The notes: generated by a model from the sequence alone, not told the origin. DNA of 63,900 bases, filler included, from Stramenopiles sp. TOSAG23-3 (GCA_900128585.1; 4 parts of 4 records of this genome joined end to end with filler, not necessarily neighbours in it), one strand, 5' to 3'; positions 49,514 to 60,074 are shown, counted from the first letter of the whole stretch. A program made the numbers and translations.

Positions 49514-49996
49514 TTTCGTCGTCCAGGAAAGTCAGCGGAGCAGTTCAGTAAGTTCAATCGGCTGGACAATTTTAGGTATTTCAGAAAGAATCGTTGTGAA
49601 ATTTACAATACGCGCAATCTTCACTCCTGTTTAGTTTCATTTTTGAAGTTTACATAGAATAAGTATCACGAAGTATATCCTTCCATTTATAAATCCATCC
49701 CGAAATGGATAATACGTCGCGTTGTCATAATATCTATCATCCTTATTAAAACAACTCACCACCAGCCTCCCTCTTTTTTAATCGCCAAAGAAGAAGGAGA
49801 GGGCGGGGAAGATAGTACCGTAGTCGTCTATCGAAAAAAAAGATCTTCTCTCTCTCTCTATCCTACGGTACGGGCACCCGGCGGTACCGGTACCAGGTAC
49901 CGGTAATAAGTACATCGAACAACTTTGAAAGTGTATTAAAAAGTTATATCTTTCTTCTCTCATTTGTTCATTGAATAATTGTTTTGTAGGGATAGA

Positions 49997-51076
49997 ATGC
50001 TCACTGTTGCTTTGAGACGGTTGCATAATATAAGGAACAGTCTTCAACGCTTGCCTTTGCCAAAGAAATCGGACATGTCGACAGAAGCAAAAATAGCAAC
50101 GGTGGCGGTGATCTGTCCTCCAGACTCGCCTGCTTTGGGAGGATGGGACGTTCCAGATGGGGCCAATGTGATCATTGCGAACGATTTAGATTCGTTTACG
50201 TCCCACGATCAGTTTAACAATGTGAACTCGCTTATGTTTGTTGCGGCAGGGGGAGACGTTAAGCTCTTGCCGCAACTTTACGACCGTTGTTCAAACGTCG
50301 AGTGGGTCCACTCTTTATTCGCTGGAGTGGACAAGCTTGCTCCGTTTATAGCATCGCATTTGATTAGAGATAACGTACCGCTGACGAATGGCCGGGGCGC
50401 CTTTTCCGATTCATTAGCAGAGTATACGATGGCGGCCACCCTCCATTTCAACAAAAAAATCACAACGATTCAAGCGAACACACGCTCGAAACGTTGGGAG
50501 AAGTTCGTCATGCCAACCCTTGCGGGTAAGACCATGGGTTTCCTTGGGTTCGGCCATATCGGGCAAACAACTGCACGCATGGCAAAAGCATTAGGCATGA
50601 AAATAATCGCACTTCGAAGAAACCCGGGCAAAACAGACTGCGTCGGCTTGGCGGACGTGACTTACGGCATGGAAGACAAATCAAAAGTCTTTCAGGAGAG
50701 CGATTTTGTGGTTTCCGTGTTACCGGGCACCCCAGAGACAGTCGATTTCTGTGGGTCTGCTGAATTCAAGTCCATGAAAAACGACGCTGTGTTCATATCG
50801 ATAGGAAGAGGCCTTGTCGTCGACGAGGACGCGCTAGCAGACGCTTTGCAGTCTAACACAATTGCCGGCGCCGCTTTGGACGTGTTCAAAACGGAACCGT
50901 TGCCCGCGGAATCAAAGCTGTGGTCTTGTGGCGACAACGTTTTGATCACGGCCCACAACGCCGACTACACCGAAGAATACTTTGAATTAGGGTGGGATGT
51001 GTGGCGGGGCAATTTGGAGTGTTTCCGAGAAGGAAAAGGGTTTCTTACCCTCGTAGACAAAACGTTAGGGTATTGA
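49997..51076 (+). CDS. D-isomer-specific 2-hydroxyacid dehydrogenase
   Basis: AGVD, LTNGRG, GFLGFGHIG, LPGTPET, ISIGRGLVVDEDAL, AALDVFKTEPLP and ITAHNA. Confidence 0.92.
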   Translation: MLTVALRRLHNIRNSLQRLPLPKKSDMSTEAKIATVAVICPPDSPALGGWDVPDGANVIIANDLDSFTSHDQFNNVNSLMFVAAGGDVKLLPQLYDRCSNVEWVHSLFAGVDKLAPFIASHLIRDNVPLTNGRGAFSDSLAEYTMAATLHFNKKITTIQANTRSKRWEKFVMPTLAGKTMGFLGFGHIGQTTARMAKALGMKIIALRRNPGKTDCVGLADVTYGMEDKSKVFQESDFVVSVLPGTPETVDFCGSAEFKSMKNDAVFISIGRGLVVDEDALADALQSNTIAGAALDVFKTEPLPAESKLWSCGDNVLITAHNADYTEEYFELGWDVWRGNLECFREGKGFLTLVDKTLGY

Positions 51077-51214
51077 ACCACTGCGATGGCAGTCTCGTCG
51101 TGGTCGGGGTATAAATTACTCGAAGGGTTTTTGTAAGGGATTATTATTCTGTCTTCGGGAAGTAAATTCTTTAAAAAATGTTTTATGATATGGGGTGAGA
51201 GGGTAAGATAAAAA

Positions 51215-51242
51215 AAATAACAGCCAATTTTCTTGCTTAAAA
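51215..51242 (-). repeat. Dispersed ~30-bp intergenic element, copy 4
   Basis: AAATAACAGCCAATTTTCTTGCTTAAAA, the reverse complement of the consensus. Confidence 0.82.
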
Positions 51243-51407
51243 TTTCTTCGTATGATAACTTTTAAAAATGTTTCTGAATTAAAGTTTTAATTTTCAAAAT
51301 AATGAGAAATTAACAAAGTATTTTTGGTACGTATGACGATGTGTGTGGCGCCTTGTAGTATTTAAACCACAGAACAGAAGTGCAAAACACCACGCAGAAA
51401 TTCTACT

Positions 51408-52445
51408 TCACTCAGCCGACAAGCCCACGGACTGCCTGGCAAGGCTCAGAGTATTTTTTAAAAGCATCGCAACGGTCATCGGCCCCACACCGCCAGGCAC
51501 GGGTGTAATGTACGAGGCGATCCCCTGGGCTTCTTTGTAGCACACGTCGCCGACCAGACGGTACCCACGCTTTGCGGTAGGGTCGTCTACCCCGGTAATT
51601 CCTACGTCAATTACGACGCACCCTGGCTTTAACCAAGATCCTCGGACAAAGTTTCCCTTCCCAATAGCAACAACCAAGATGTCCGCTTGTTTAACAAAGT
51701 TCTCTACGTTCTGGGTACGACTGTGACACATTGTGACAGTCGCGTTCAGCTTCTGAAGCAGCATTGCGACTGGCATGCCGACCAGGTTGCTCCGACCTAG
51801 TACAACGGCATGTTTACCCTTGACGCTGATATGGTAGTGCCGAAGCAATTCCATACATCCCAGTGGCGTGCAGCAATAAACGAACGCCTTAGGGCCGCCT
51901 GTCAAGCACATCCGACCAACGTTTTGTATGCACAAACCGTCGACGTCTTTCGTGAGAGCAATCGTTTCCACAATGGTCGCCTCGTTTATGTGGTCCGGGA
52001 GGGGCAACTGGACGAGAATACCGTGCACTTCGCTGTTCCGGTTCAGCTTTTCTACTTCTGCCGCAAGCTCTGCTTCTGAAACAGTGTCAGGAAAACTCAC
52101 GTCAAAACACTTTATTCCCGCCGCCGTCGCTGCCTTCTTTTTCATCCGTACGTACGTCGCACTGTCTTTTTTGGTCCCAACGAGGATCATGGCCAGGCCT
52201 GGGACGACACCCTTGCCAGCTTTCAACTCTTCGACACCTTTCTTGACGATGGCACGCACCGATTTCGCCACCATGGTCCCATCCATCTTTTTGGTCTCTA
52301 CGTCGTTATTGCAACGAGAGGAGGATTCCGGGCTCAAACTCGAGCCCCTCGAAGCCTTGGAACGCTGCATGTACCGCAATACCCCGGCGCCCAACAGTGC
52401 CCCCAAGGTCACGCCACCCCAAAACCCGGTCCTTCCCTCACTCAT
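51408..52445 (-). CDS. folD: Methylenetetrahydrofolate dehydrogenase/cyclohydrolase
   Basis: SATYVRMKKKA, VHGILVQLPLP, KDVDG, CTPLGC, GRSNLVGMP and ITPVPGGVGPMTVAMLL. ATG at 52445. Confidence 0.96.
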   Translation of the reverse strand: MSEGRTGFWGGVTLGALLGAGVLRYMQRSKASRGSSLSPESSSRCNNDVETKKMDGTMVAKSVRAIVKKGVEELKAGKGVVPGLAMILVGTKKDSATYVRMKKKAATAAGIKCFDVSFPDTVSEAELAAEVEKLNRNSEVHGILVQLPLPDHINEATIVETIALTKDVDGLCIQNVGRMCLTGGPKAFVYCCTPLGCMELLRHYHISVKGKHAVVLGRSNLVGMPVAMLLQKLNATVTMCHSRTQNVENFVKQADILVVAIGKGNFVRGSWLKPGCVVIDVGITGVDDPTAKRGYRLVGDVCYKEAQGIASYITPVPGGVGPMTVAMLLKNTLSLARQSVGLSAE

Positions 52446-53352
52446 TATCCCAAACACCTTGGCAAACTGAAACTGAAAGGTAGAAAGAATAAAAAAAATC
52501 AAAGCACCCTCTAATCTATCGAAATTTAAAATTCAAATACTCTTGCTTTAAATACATCTTTTGTACCTTCACCGTTTTAATTGATCATATCATACAAATG
52601 AGATATTAAACTAATAATTTCTAGCTAATAATCTTCTATATAGTACAAAGTCTTCTCTGATCATCTTCTATCATCCGTCGTCATCATCATCAGTCACTCC
52701 TCAGTCGGGTTCTTCTGTTCTTCTTCTTCTTCTGTGTGATCTGTGTTGTTTGTTGTTCGGGTGCTATAATAATATTTCTATTTCTATTTTTTTCGTTCTT
52801 TTTCGTCTTCTGTTTTGCTCTTCTTCTTCTTCTTTCTTCTTCTTGTTGTCGCGTCATTTTCAAATACAAAATCACAGCATTCATTTTTTGATTTTGTTGT
52901 CTCGTCATCATTTTTTTTTAGTGGCATACGAATAATAGTCCGTTCTAATAATAAGTTTAGATTTTGAATTAAGGATAATACTGTTATACTCGTATATTAT
53001 ATTATAGGACTAGTGATGAGAAGAAGAAGAAGAAGAAGAAAAAGAAGAGAATGAAAGTGATATCTTTCATTCTCACATACACCTCATTCACATAAAAAAC
53101 ACACACAAGAAGATCATATTATTTCATTACCAAGTACCGTAGTAGTTAATATAAATATATAATTAATTCTACTATATAAATAATAATATGCAAACTTTGA
53201 ATTTTAATAATCACATTTTATCAATCATTGAAAACGAAAGATCAAGGAAGACAAAATCAGATGAAAAAACGAGGAAAATTAATACAGGAAGAGACACTGA
53301 TACAAACGTATCCCCCCCCCCCCCATCCACACACACACACAAATCGTTCTCA

Positions 53353-55326
53353 ATGGTCTTTTTTTTGACCTTTTTGTGTTTGATTTGTTTTCTTTTGGGC
53401 AGCATGGTTGCCGTCGGGGGGCAATCCCTCCAAGGTGTGGAGGTGTTGGATGAAGCGTTACGCTTTTCGGATTCAAAGATTATTGTGGTTTTGCCAGATC
53501 TTCATCGGAGTGGAGGCCCGCAGCATTTTCACATGGTCAACAGTGGATTGAATCGTTTAGGGTTCGACAGCGAGATGTTCTTCGTCAACCCGTACTACCA
53601 GGATGAATATTCAAAGAATATAAGCCAGGAATTGCTCGACAGGAATAATGCCAGTCGTATAAATCCGGACATGTTGTCGAGCAAAGACATCCTGATTCTT
53701 CCGTGCAGGTGGTCGTTGTACATTAGCGAAGAAGACGAAGCTGTTCTCAGGGGCAAGGGCGTTCGTTTCATGGTCATCGTGACAGCGGTTGCGTTCCCGG
53801 AAGAAACAATGCTGTTAAACTTGTTGGATTATTCTCGTGGAACCGCCGTTCCGTTTGCTTGTTCCCATTATATGCATCATTTCTACCAGTTGCCTTGGAA
53901 TTGGGAGAAACACGTCATCTGGCCGCCGATCGCCAATTGGGTCATAGAGGAGTACCACAAGTACAACGAAGAAAAAAGAGCTGGCAAAGCCGTTAAAAAG
54001 GAAGATCACATATTGATGGACCCAGATGCAAAGAGCGGTGTCGTCGTCCCGACCGACAAAGCCACCTGGACCAAACTTTTCAAGCTCAACAGGACCGCAT
54101 TGATCAACGAGTTTAAACGGTCAAAAATAATTCACGACGTTTACCTTAATGGGCATGAACACATGCCACGAGAAGCGGTGCTCTTCGACTGTATTCCTGT
54201 ATTGACAATGTCGGACAACGGCTACGATGCGATTGATTTTCCACTTGAGCAAGAGTACCTGGTCGACGAGTTGGACCATGATTTTTCTGTTCATGTGCTC
54301 GAAGGGGTCCTGGAAGACTACGAGAACATTGTGCACACGCTTCAACCCTTTAAGGAGGCAGTCTTGCAGCGCCCCAAACAATTGCTGTCTAATTTAATGC
54401 ACACGTTTTCAAGTCGTTTTCTTCAATTTAGAATTATCGCAAACTCTTACGCGGAAGAGGAATGTGCGTTGATTTCTGCCCTGCAAATATTGACACACTT
54501 ACCGATGGCATCAGTAGAGCTTCTCGTAAGACCATCGTCTGGGCTTCGTTTGCTTCGGCGGGCAGGCCCATTAACCAAACGTTTGTTGGAGCTGGGACTA
54601 ACGACAAAGCTGGGGGGCACCAACGGGCACTCATTAAGGATAATAGAATCCGACCACGATATGGTTCATGGGGACTTGCTCATTACAATGCAATCTCCTG
54701 TTTATTTTTATGATTTCAAGCCGTTGGTGGAAATCGGGAAGCAGGTACTATTGAGTAGTACTAACACAGGGCGCGGAACCTGTGCGCGCAATCGCTTCCG
54801 GGTAAACTCGAGGGAGGGAGTTGCTGGAGAGGAAATATCAATCACCACTTTGGATTTTAGAAGGTCATCATGCGAAACTTACGGGGAAGGGTCGGGGATA
54901 GAATTAGAGCTTGAGTCGATGCAAGGGTTTGCGTCGATGAACACAGTGCTGTATTCGAAGCAGAGCCATGCCCACGGACCTGGGGTAGCACAAGTTTGCG
55001 AAAGTCTGTGCAAACTGTCAAAGAACCCAGCGTGGCATTCAACTGGATTCTTTCACCGTGTTTTTGGCGCGGCCAGACCAAGGAGGAACGAGCGCATTCA
55101 GTTCGAGTTTAACGACGGCGACGTTTTACGCAAGTTTTCATGCGACGTAAATATCGAAACGTACACTACACAGCTTTGCGTACAGGATGTTTTACCACGA
55201 TCAGAAGGCGTCACCCTAGAATTGTGTGAGCAAATAGTGAGAACGAAGTTGCAAGATAAGGTATCAGGACCCATCTGCACTTTTGCTGCATACAATAATG
55301 TGTGCGCAAGGTTTTGCGAATTTTAA
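53353..55326 (+). CDS. Putative GT-B-fold glycosyltransferase-like protein with an N-terminal signal or anchor
   Basis: Hydrophobic N-terminus. SGGPQHFHMVNSGLNRLGFD and KRSKIIHD...GHEHMPREAVLFDC resemble GT4-like N- and C-terminal motifs. Confidence 0.55.
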   Translation: MVFFLTFLCLICFLLGSMVAVGGQSLQGVEVLDEALRFSDSKIIVVLPDLHRSGGPQHFHMVNSGLNRLGFDSEMFFVNPYYQDEYSKNISQELLDRNNASRINPDMLSSKDILILPCRWSLYISEEDEAVLRGKGVRFMVIVTAVAFPEETMLLNLLDYSRGTAVPFACSHYMHHFYQLPWNWEKHVIWPPIANWVIEEYHKYNEEKRAGKAVKKEDHILMDPDAKSGVVVPTDKATWTKLFKLNRTALINEFKRSKIIHDVYLNGHEHMPREAVLFDCIPVLTMSDNGYDAIDFPLEQEYLVDELDHDFSVHVLEGVLEDYENIVHTLQPFKEAVLQRPKQLLSNLMHTFSSRFLQFRIIANSYAEEECALISALQILTHLPMASVELLVRPSSGLRLLRRAGPLTKRLLELGLTTKLGGTNGHSLRIIESDHDMVHGDLLITMQSPVYFYDFKPLVEIGKQVLLSSTNTGRGTCARNRFRVNSREGVAGEEISITTLDFRRSSCETYGEGSGIELELESMQGFASMNTVLYSKQSHAHGPGVAQVCESLCKLSKNPAWHSTGFFHRVFGAARPRRNERIQFEFNDGDVLRKFSCDVNIETYTTQLCVQDVLPRSEGVTLELCEQIVRTKLQDKVSGPICTFAAYNNVCARFCEF

Positions 55327-55421
55327 AGGCGCGATACAAAGGAGAGGACTAAGCGCGAGCTGGGAATACACAATAAAATAATACGATTCGTATTTTTTTA
55401 AATTTTGTTTTATTGTCTCCT

Positions 55422-57887
55422 TCAATCTTTATGGTCCCGTTCAGGAAAAAGATAGTTTGCAAGCCGGGCCAAGGAACGTTTCAATGGATCATAAGACTCA
55501 TATTTGCACACTGATAAACTACGACGATCGCTAGGAAACGGCGTTTGTGAACGGTTTAGGAAGCTCAAACGTTTCAATTCACAGAGTGAGCAAGTCCCCC
55601 CAGCAAGCAGAGCAACAAACAGAATGTGCTTCCACGCTGGCGCTAGTATAGCAATAAATCCATGAATTGGATACGCACAAAGGCAAAAAGCCCAAACAGT
55701 TGCTGGGAGTAGGCCTGCCATCAATGCTTGAACGTTCAAGAAAGTGTAGTAAACGGCTGGGATAGACATGAGTTTTAGACAGTCTCCGTGAAACTCGTCC
55801 AAATCTCTCCCTGGGAGAAGCGTAAGCGGGGCGCGTGGTGGGACGTTCCCCATCATCTCACGAGCTTGCTCTACGGTCAGTGTCCTGTTGTCAACCATCT
55901 CTTGAAGATCAAACGTTAGCCGCGCCACCGAAATTGTGCAAGCAGATATGTATTCGTTATCTTTGAGTACAGTCGGTTTCCGGTTCAGCCAGAGTCTTCC
56001 GTCCCACTTGGGCCACTGTTCAATATTTTCACGAAACCAGCCGCATTTTGGGCAGCTGTTGTTAATTTTTGCATGTCCGATCTTTTGCCCGTGGTGCGCG
56101 CGAAGGTTTGTGCACCACCCGTGATCGATCGGACCAAAGCTGCACTGCCCACACATGCGGGCATTGGGGTGCAGACGAAGCAGCTGGTCAATCAAAATTT
56201 CGTGTTCTGCGTCTTCCTTTTGCTTGTCTTTTTCGAGCAGAAGTTTGTAATACAACGCATGGACCTTATCGATTTCGCGTTTTGTTTTCGTTTTGCATTC
56301 GATTTCTATACATCTGTGCAGACTTTCGCCACTTAAATGGGAGGCAAGCTCACTGTACGTAAATCCTTTAGCCTGGCAATGCCCTCGAGAGTGGCCAGGA
56401 CAGTACAGCTTACCATCCATTCTGTTAGAGTGCGCCATCCGGTCAAAATCTGGACTGTCGGAAGGATTCTGTTCCACTGCCCAGCCCTCAATGCATTTGT
56501 TGCACGTAAAATGACCCTCGTCGCACGTCAATCCCCCACATGCACCAGAACGTTCAACGGTGCAAACGATGCATGCCTCGGCACTGCCAGAAGAGGAACA
56601 GCGCAAAGATGGCACCATGTCGCCTTCAGGTATTGTTGCATTCAGCATGGAAGACGTCAGGGGCAAACCCTTCGGGCCGTTTAAGGGACGACTCTCGTTG
56701 TAAAGTTTCATACGTTTGAAGAAATCTACTTTCGATTCTCCTTTGCGCTGTTTGGGGCGGGTAGGGTCCTGCTTTAATTTTTCAAGTGTGTCTATTTCAC
56801 CTAGTATTGGACTATTTGGCACGTTCTCTTCGGCGATTGTAGAAGCTGTAGATCCACTCTTGCCCAGGATCCATTGGACCAACGATTTGGGTCGCAGCAA
56901 TCGTAGTTTCTCTCCAGCTGTCGAAATGATATTTCTCACGTTTTTCCCCAGCCACAAAAGTGGAACAGCACCAACGCAAAGGAAAACTCCGCAAAATGAT
57001 ATAAGTATAAAGCCAAAGATACTGAGCGCGCAGTGCAAAGATAGAACGGTCAGTGCTACCCTGTATGTCAATAGCTTGTTTGAGTGAATCATCAGCCTGA
57101 AGGCTTGCGAAGGCAGCGTCAGTTGTCCCGCAGGGATGCAATACTTGCCAACCACAAGGGAGCACAACAAAGATAAATTGGACATTGCCAGCAGCATCCA
57201 ATTACCATTTTTTAATGCAACTACCGTGAAGCACGCCTTCATTATAGACGTCGCAAAAAAGCAGTGACTGAACGATTTATCCTCCATCGTCTCAGCTTCA
57301 TTCAGAAGGCCTTCATAAAAGTTCAAAAGTCCCACCGTGAACGAGAACGAATTCGCGACAACTTGAGCATTTTGTTCCTGAAACGTAGTGCTGAGCGCAC
57401 GCATCACTACGGGGTGGCTCAAAATTACGGCTCGTTTCAGAACGCGCGAAATTATCTTTCTGAGCAATCCTCGAACTACACTGAAAACTAAATTTACGCT
57501 ATTCTTCAAGCTATCGTCAAAATTATAGAAGCAGAGCCTCGTTCTGTGGTACTCTGTGACTGTGGCAACGATCGTACAGAAAACAGGGTACACGGACGCT
57601 CCCTTTAGGCCCCACGCAATTACCCATAATGTAGATGTAAACCCAACGCACATATGCCTTACAGCAATGCATAGGTAAATTGTCAAGTATACCATCGTTG
57701 ATATACACGATACCATTGCAGAATTGTTACTGCTACCCAAAAAGGTTTTCAAGGACTTCTCGCCCGCCAAGTGGAGTACGATCATTTCAAAGATTGCCGG
57801 AATGGGCAAGGCAAGCCCCCATCCAAATGGTTGGTACCACTCACTAAAATACTGGTTTGCATAACCTTGCAGCGCACCCCAAACCAT
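55422..57887 (-). CDS. Multi-pass membrane protein with RING / RBR-like zinc-finger region (putative E3 ligase)
   Basis: Many hydrophobic segments. RING-like CIVC...TCDEGHFTCNKC...CPGHSRGHC, then CGQCSFGPIDHGWCTNLRAHHG...NSCPKCGWF...WPKWDG. Confidence 0.68.
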   Translation of the reverse strand: MVWGALQGYANQYFSEWYQPFGWGLALPIPAIFEMIVLHLAGEKSLKTFLGSSNNSAMVSCISTMVYLTIYLCIAVRHMCVGFTSTLWVIAWGLKGASVYPVFCTIVATVTEYHRTRLCFYNFDDSLKNSVNLVFSVVRGLLRKIISRVLKRAVILSHPVVMRALSTTFQEQNAQVVANSFSFTVGLLNFYEGLLNEAETMEDKSFSHCFFATSIMKACFTVVALKNGNWMLLAMSNLSLLCSLVVGKYCIPAGQLTLPSQAFRLMIHSNKLLTYRVALTVLSLHCALSIFGFILISFCGVFLCVGAVPLLWLGKNVRNIISTAGEKLRLLRPKSLVQWILGKSGSTASTIAEENVPNSPILGEIDTLEKLKQDPTRPKQRKGESKVDFFKRMKLYNESRPLNGPKGLPLTSSMLNATIPEGDMVPSLRCSSSGSAEACIVCTVERSGACGGLTCDEGHFTCNKCIEGWAVEQNPSDSPDFDRMAHSNRMDGKLYCPGHSRGHCQAKGFTYSELASHLSGESLHRCIEIECKTKTKREIDKVHALYYKLLLEKDKQKEDAEHEILIDQLLRLHPNARMCGQCSFGPIDHGWCTNLRAHHGQKIGHAKINNSCPKCGWFRENIEQWPKWDGRLWLNRKPTVLKDNEYISACTISVARLTFDLQEMVDNRTLTVEQAREMMGNVPPRAPLTLLPGRDLDEFHGDCLKLMSIPAVYYTFLNVQALMAGLLPATVWAFCLCAYPIHGFIAILAPAWKHILFVALLAGGTCSLCELKRLSFLNRSQTPFPSDRRSLSVCKYESYDPLKRSLARLANYLFPERDHKD

Positions 57888-58604
57888 TGTTTTGAATAAT
57901 TTGTCGTACTTTTATTGCTTGGTCTTAGCAGAATAAATATTTCTTGATTTGTTTTCCTTGGGGGAAATAAATATTCACCTCTTGTATCATTTTAAAATAT
58001 GACTTTTTCCACACACAAGGTCGGTCCTTCAGGGTAAAATGTTTTTCTTCTTCTTCTTCTACAGTCTCAGCACTTCTGTATTATAATGAATATGGATGGG
58101 TGATGTTGTTATTAATAATAATGCTCTGTTCCTGTTAAATCTGTGACGTGTTTTATTTCTTTTTTTTCTCTTCTTTTTGTTGTTGTTTGTTTGTTGAAGT
58201 TGCACGAAGGTATAGCACTAAATACCAGGTCTGTAGTTTTCTACTACTATTTTTTTTAATAATAGAAGAATTTTCTGAGAATTTTTCTCTTTTTAATAGC
58301 AACACACCACCCCGGCCTCTGTTTTTCTTCCTTATCATCCTGTATATAATATTATATTATTAAAATAAAATATTTCATCATTCAAACCCAAGAAGAAGAA
58401 GAGAACAAAACAAAAAAACGAAAGAAAGAAACTGAATTTAAACGGAGCGACAACTACCTTTGTCGGACATAATACTTGTGCCCAAAATCCCTAACCAAAA
58501 AACATACAAAAGAAAAAACGAAACGAAAAGAAAAGAAATAGGATTCCAGCGGAACGACATCTTCGTTTGTCGGACGAAGCCAATTCCCCCAAACTCCCCT
58601 AACC

Positions 58605-59183
58605 ATGTCCAACGAGTCTTCGTACGAAAAAATGTCTGATCGAGGGTCGACGCAAGTGTCGGCAGATAAAAAGAATAAATCTTGTATATATCGGTTTGCA
58701 TGTCACCGCGGCACTTTGTGCTCCGCGGGCTTCATCTTAGGCGCCTTGACGGTAGTAATTTTAGGTGCAACTGTATTCAATCCAAACCAAGGTAGTGGTA
58801 GTAGTAGTTCCGGAAAAAATAGCACTTCAGTTGTTGGTTGCAGTCGATGGGGAGACGTTGAAAAAGTTGTCAAGATTGGTGCAAAACAGTTCTTGGCCCA
58901 TGAGAGTACATGCGGAAAATCTGCACTGGGAGCGAAAGAGAAGACAGCAGAATGTATGGTGAAGGCAACGGGCATATCATGGGACTGCGCAGATTGCTAT
59001 GGCGAGCAAACTGCCTGCGGAGCCTTACACTGCCCCCTCGTCTGTGCGTTTGGTGCCGATGATAAATGCACTGCTTGCGTTTGTAAAAACTGTAGAGCGG
59101 CGTTTCTGAAGTGCAATAAATTACCGTGCACGTTGCTGCCTGCGAATGATTGCAAAGACTGCCCAGGCTATCAACCGTTTTGA
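58605..59183 (+). CDS. Cys-rich single-pass (type II-like) membrane protein, hypothetical
   Basis: TM segment AGFILGALTVVILGATVF, a Ser linker, then about 16 Cys in about 110 aa. Confidence 0.78.
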   Translation: MSNESSYEKMSDRGSTQVSADKKNKSCIYRFACHRGTLCSAGFILGALTVVILGATVFNPNQGSGSSSSGKNSTSVVGCSRWGDVEKVVKIGAKQFLAHESTCGKSALGAKEKTAECMVKATGISWDCADCYGEQTACGALHCPLVCAFGADDKCTACVCKNCRAAFLKCNKLPCTLLPANDCKDCPGYQPF

Positions 59184-59360
59184 ATGTTGTAACAGATCTA
59201 TTCACTTAGTCTTGACTATCATTCTCATGTCTACTCCATGCATGATCCGAATCGGTCTGTCGATTTGTGTCGATGTCAAAAGATCCGTAGTCAACTTCCT
59301 CATCCGATGTCTCACTCGTAAATGAATCACGTAATTTAAAAAAAAAAAACGTATATTATA

Positions 59361-59440
59361 TTTAAACAAGAAAATAATTGGCTGTTATTTAAAGTAATTA
59401 ATTAAAAACAAGAAAATTGGCTGTTATTTAAGTAATTAAA
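59361..59440 (+). repeat. Dispersed ~30-bp intergenic element, tandem copies 5 and 6
   Basis: TTTAAACAAGAAAATAATTGGCTGTTATTTAAAGTAATTA followed by TTAAAAACAAGAAAATTGGCTGTTATTTAAGTAATTAAA. Confidence 0.87.
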
Positions 59441-59589
59441 TTTAGCTTCAAGTAATTAATTAAGTGATTAAATTAAAATGTACTTTGCGAACTGAACTCT
59501 ACTGGTGTGTTTTTAGTTTCATAATCAATATTCCTTGTCACTTAGTATAATTTTTTTAAATTATATTAAATTATTATATTAGACCCCAT

Positions 59590-60074
59590 TTACAACAAAA
59601 GTTGTACAACAATTTTTCGCCGGAACGTGTGTATATTATGTCTACAAAGGTTCATATCATCAAGTCTCTAACTCTAAATATATAACAATTTATCTTGCAC
59701 TCCCATTCTCCTACGTTACTCTTCATTTTGTTGTACCAGAAAAATTAGGGTTCCTTGTCTCAATGCTATTTGATGCTAAGCTAACCCTAACTATATTGGC
59801 ATCAGACCCTGTACTTCCATTGTCATACAAGGGCAGTTGCATTTTGTTGTACCAGTACCCTAATTGCTCATAATATACACGATTTGAAATATGTTGTAAT
59901 GGTATGACCATGTACACAAATTAGGGTTAAAAATAATATACACGCCTTCGTACAACAATTTTTAATAGGAATATTATAGTTAATTTTTAATTGAATACAA
60001 AATAATATACACACATAAAAAATAATATTTTTTGTTGTACCAGATGTTGTACCGAAAAAGGTCTGGTACAACAA
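59590..60074. repeat. Cluster of TTGTTGTAC(CAG) motifs in direct and inverted orientation
   Basis: Copies at about 59591, 59601 (palindrome GTTGTACAAC), 59724, 59840, 59950 (-), 60031, 60045 and 60063 (-). Confidence 0.8.

Noticed and set aside
48875..49657. 260-aa plus-strand ORF
   Set aside because: Antisense to the well-conserved proline iminopeptidase.
59361..59440. Tandem ~30-bp repeats as a mini CRISPR array
   Set aside because: Only two copies, almost no spacer, no cas genes and a eukaryotic context. The same motif is dispersed singly elsewhere.
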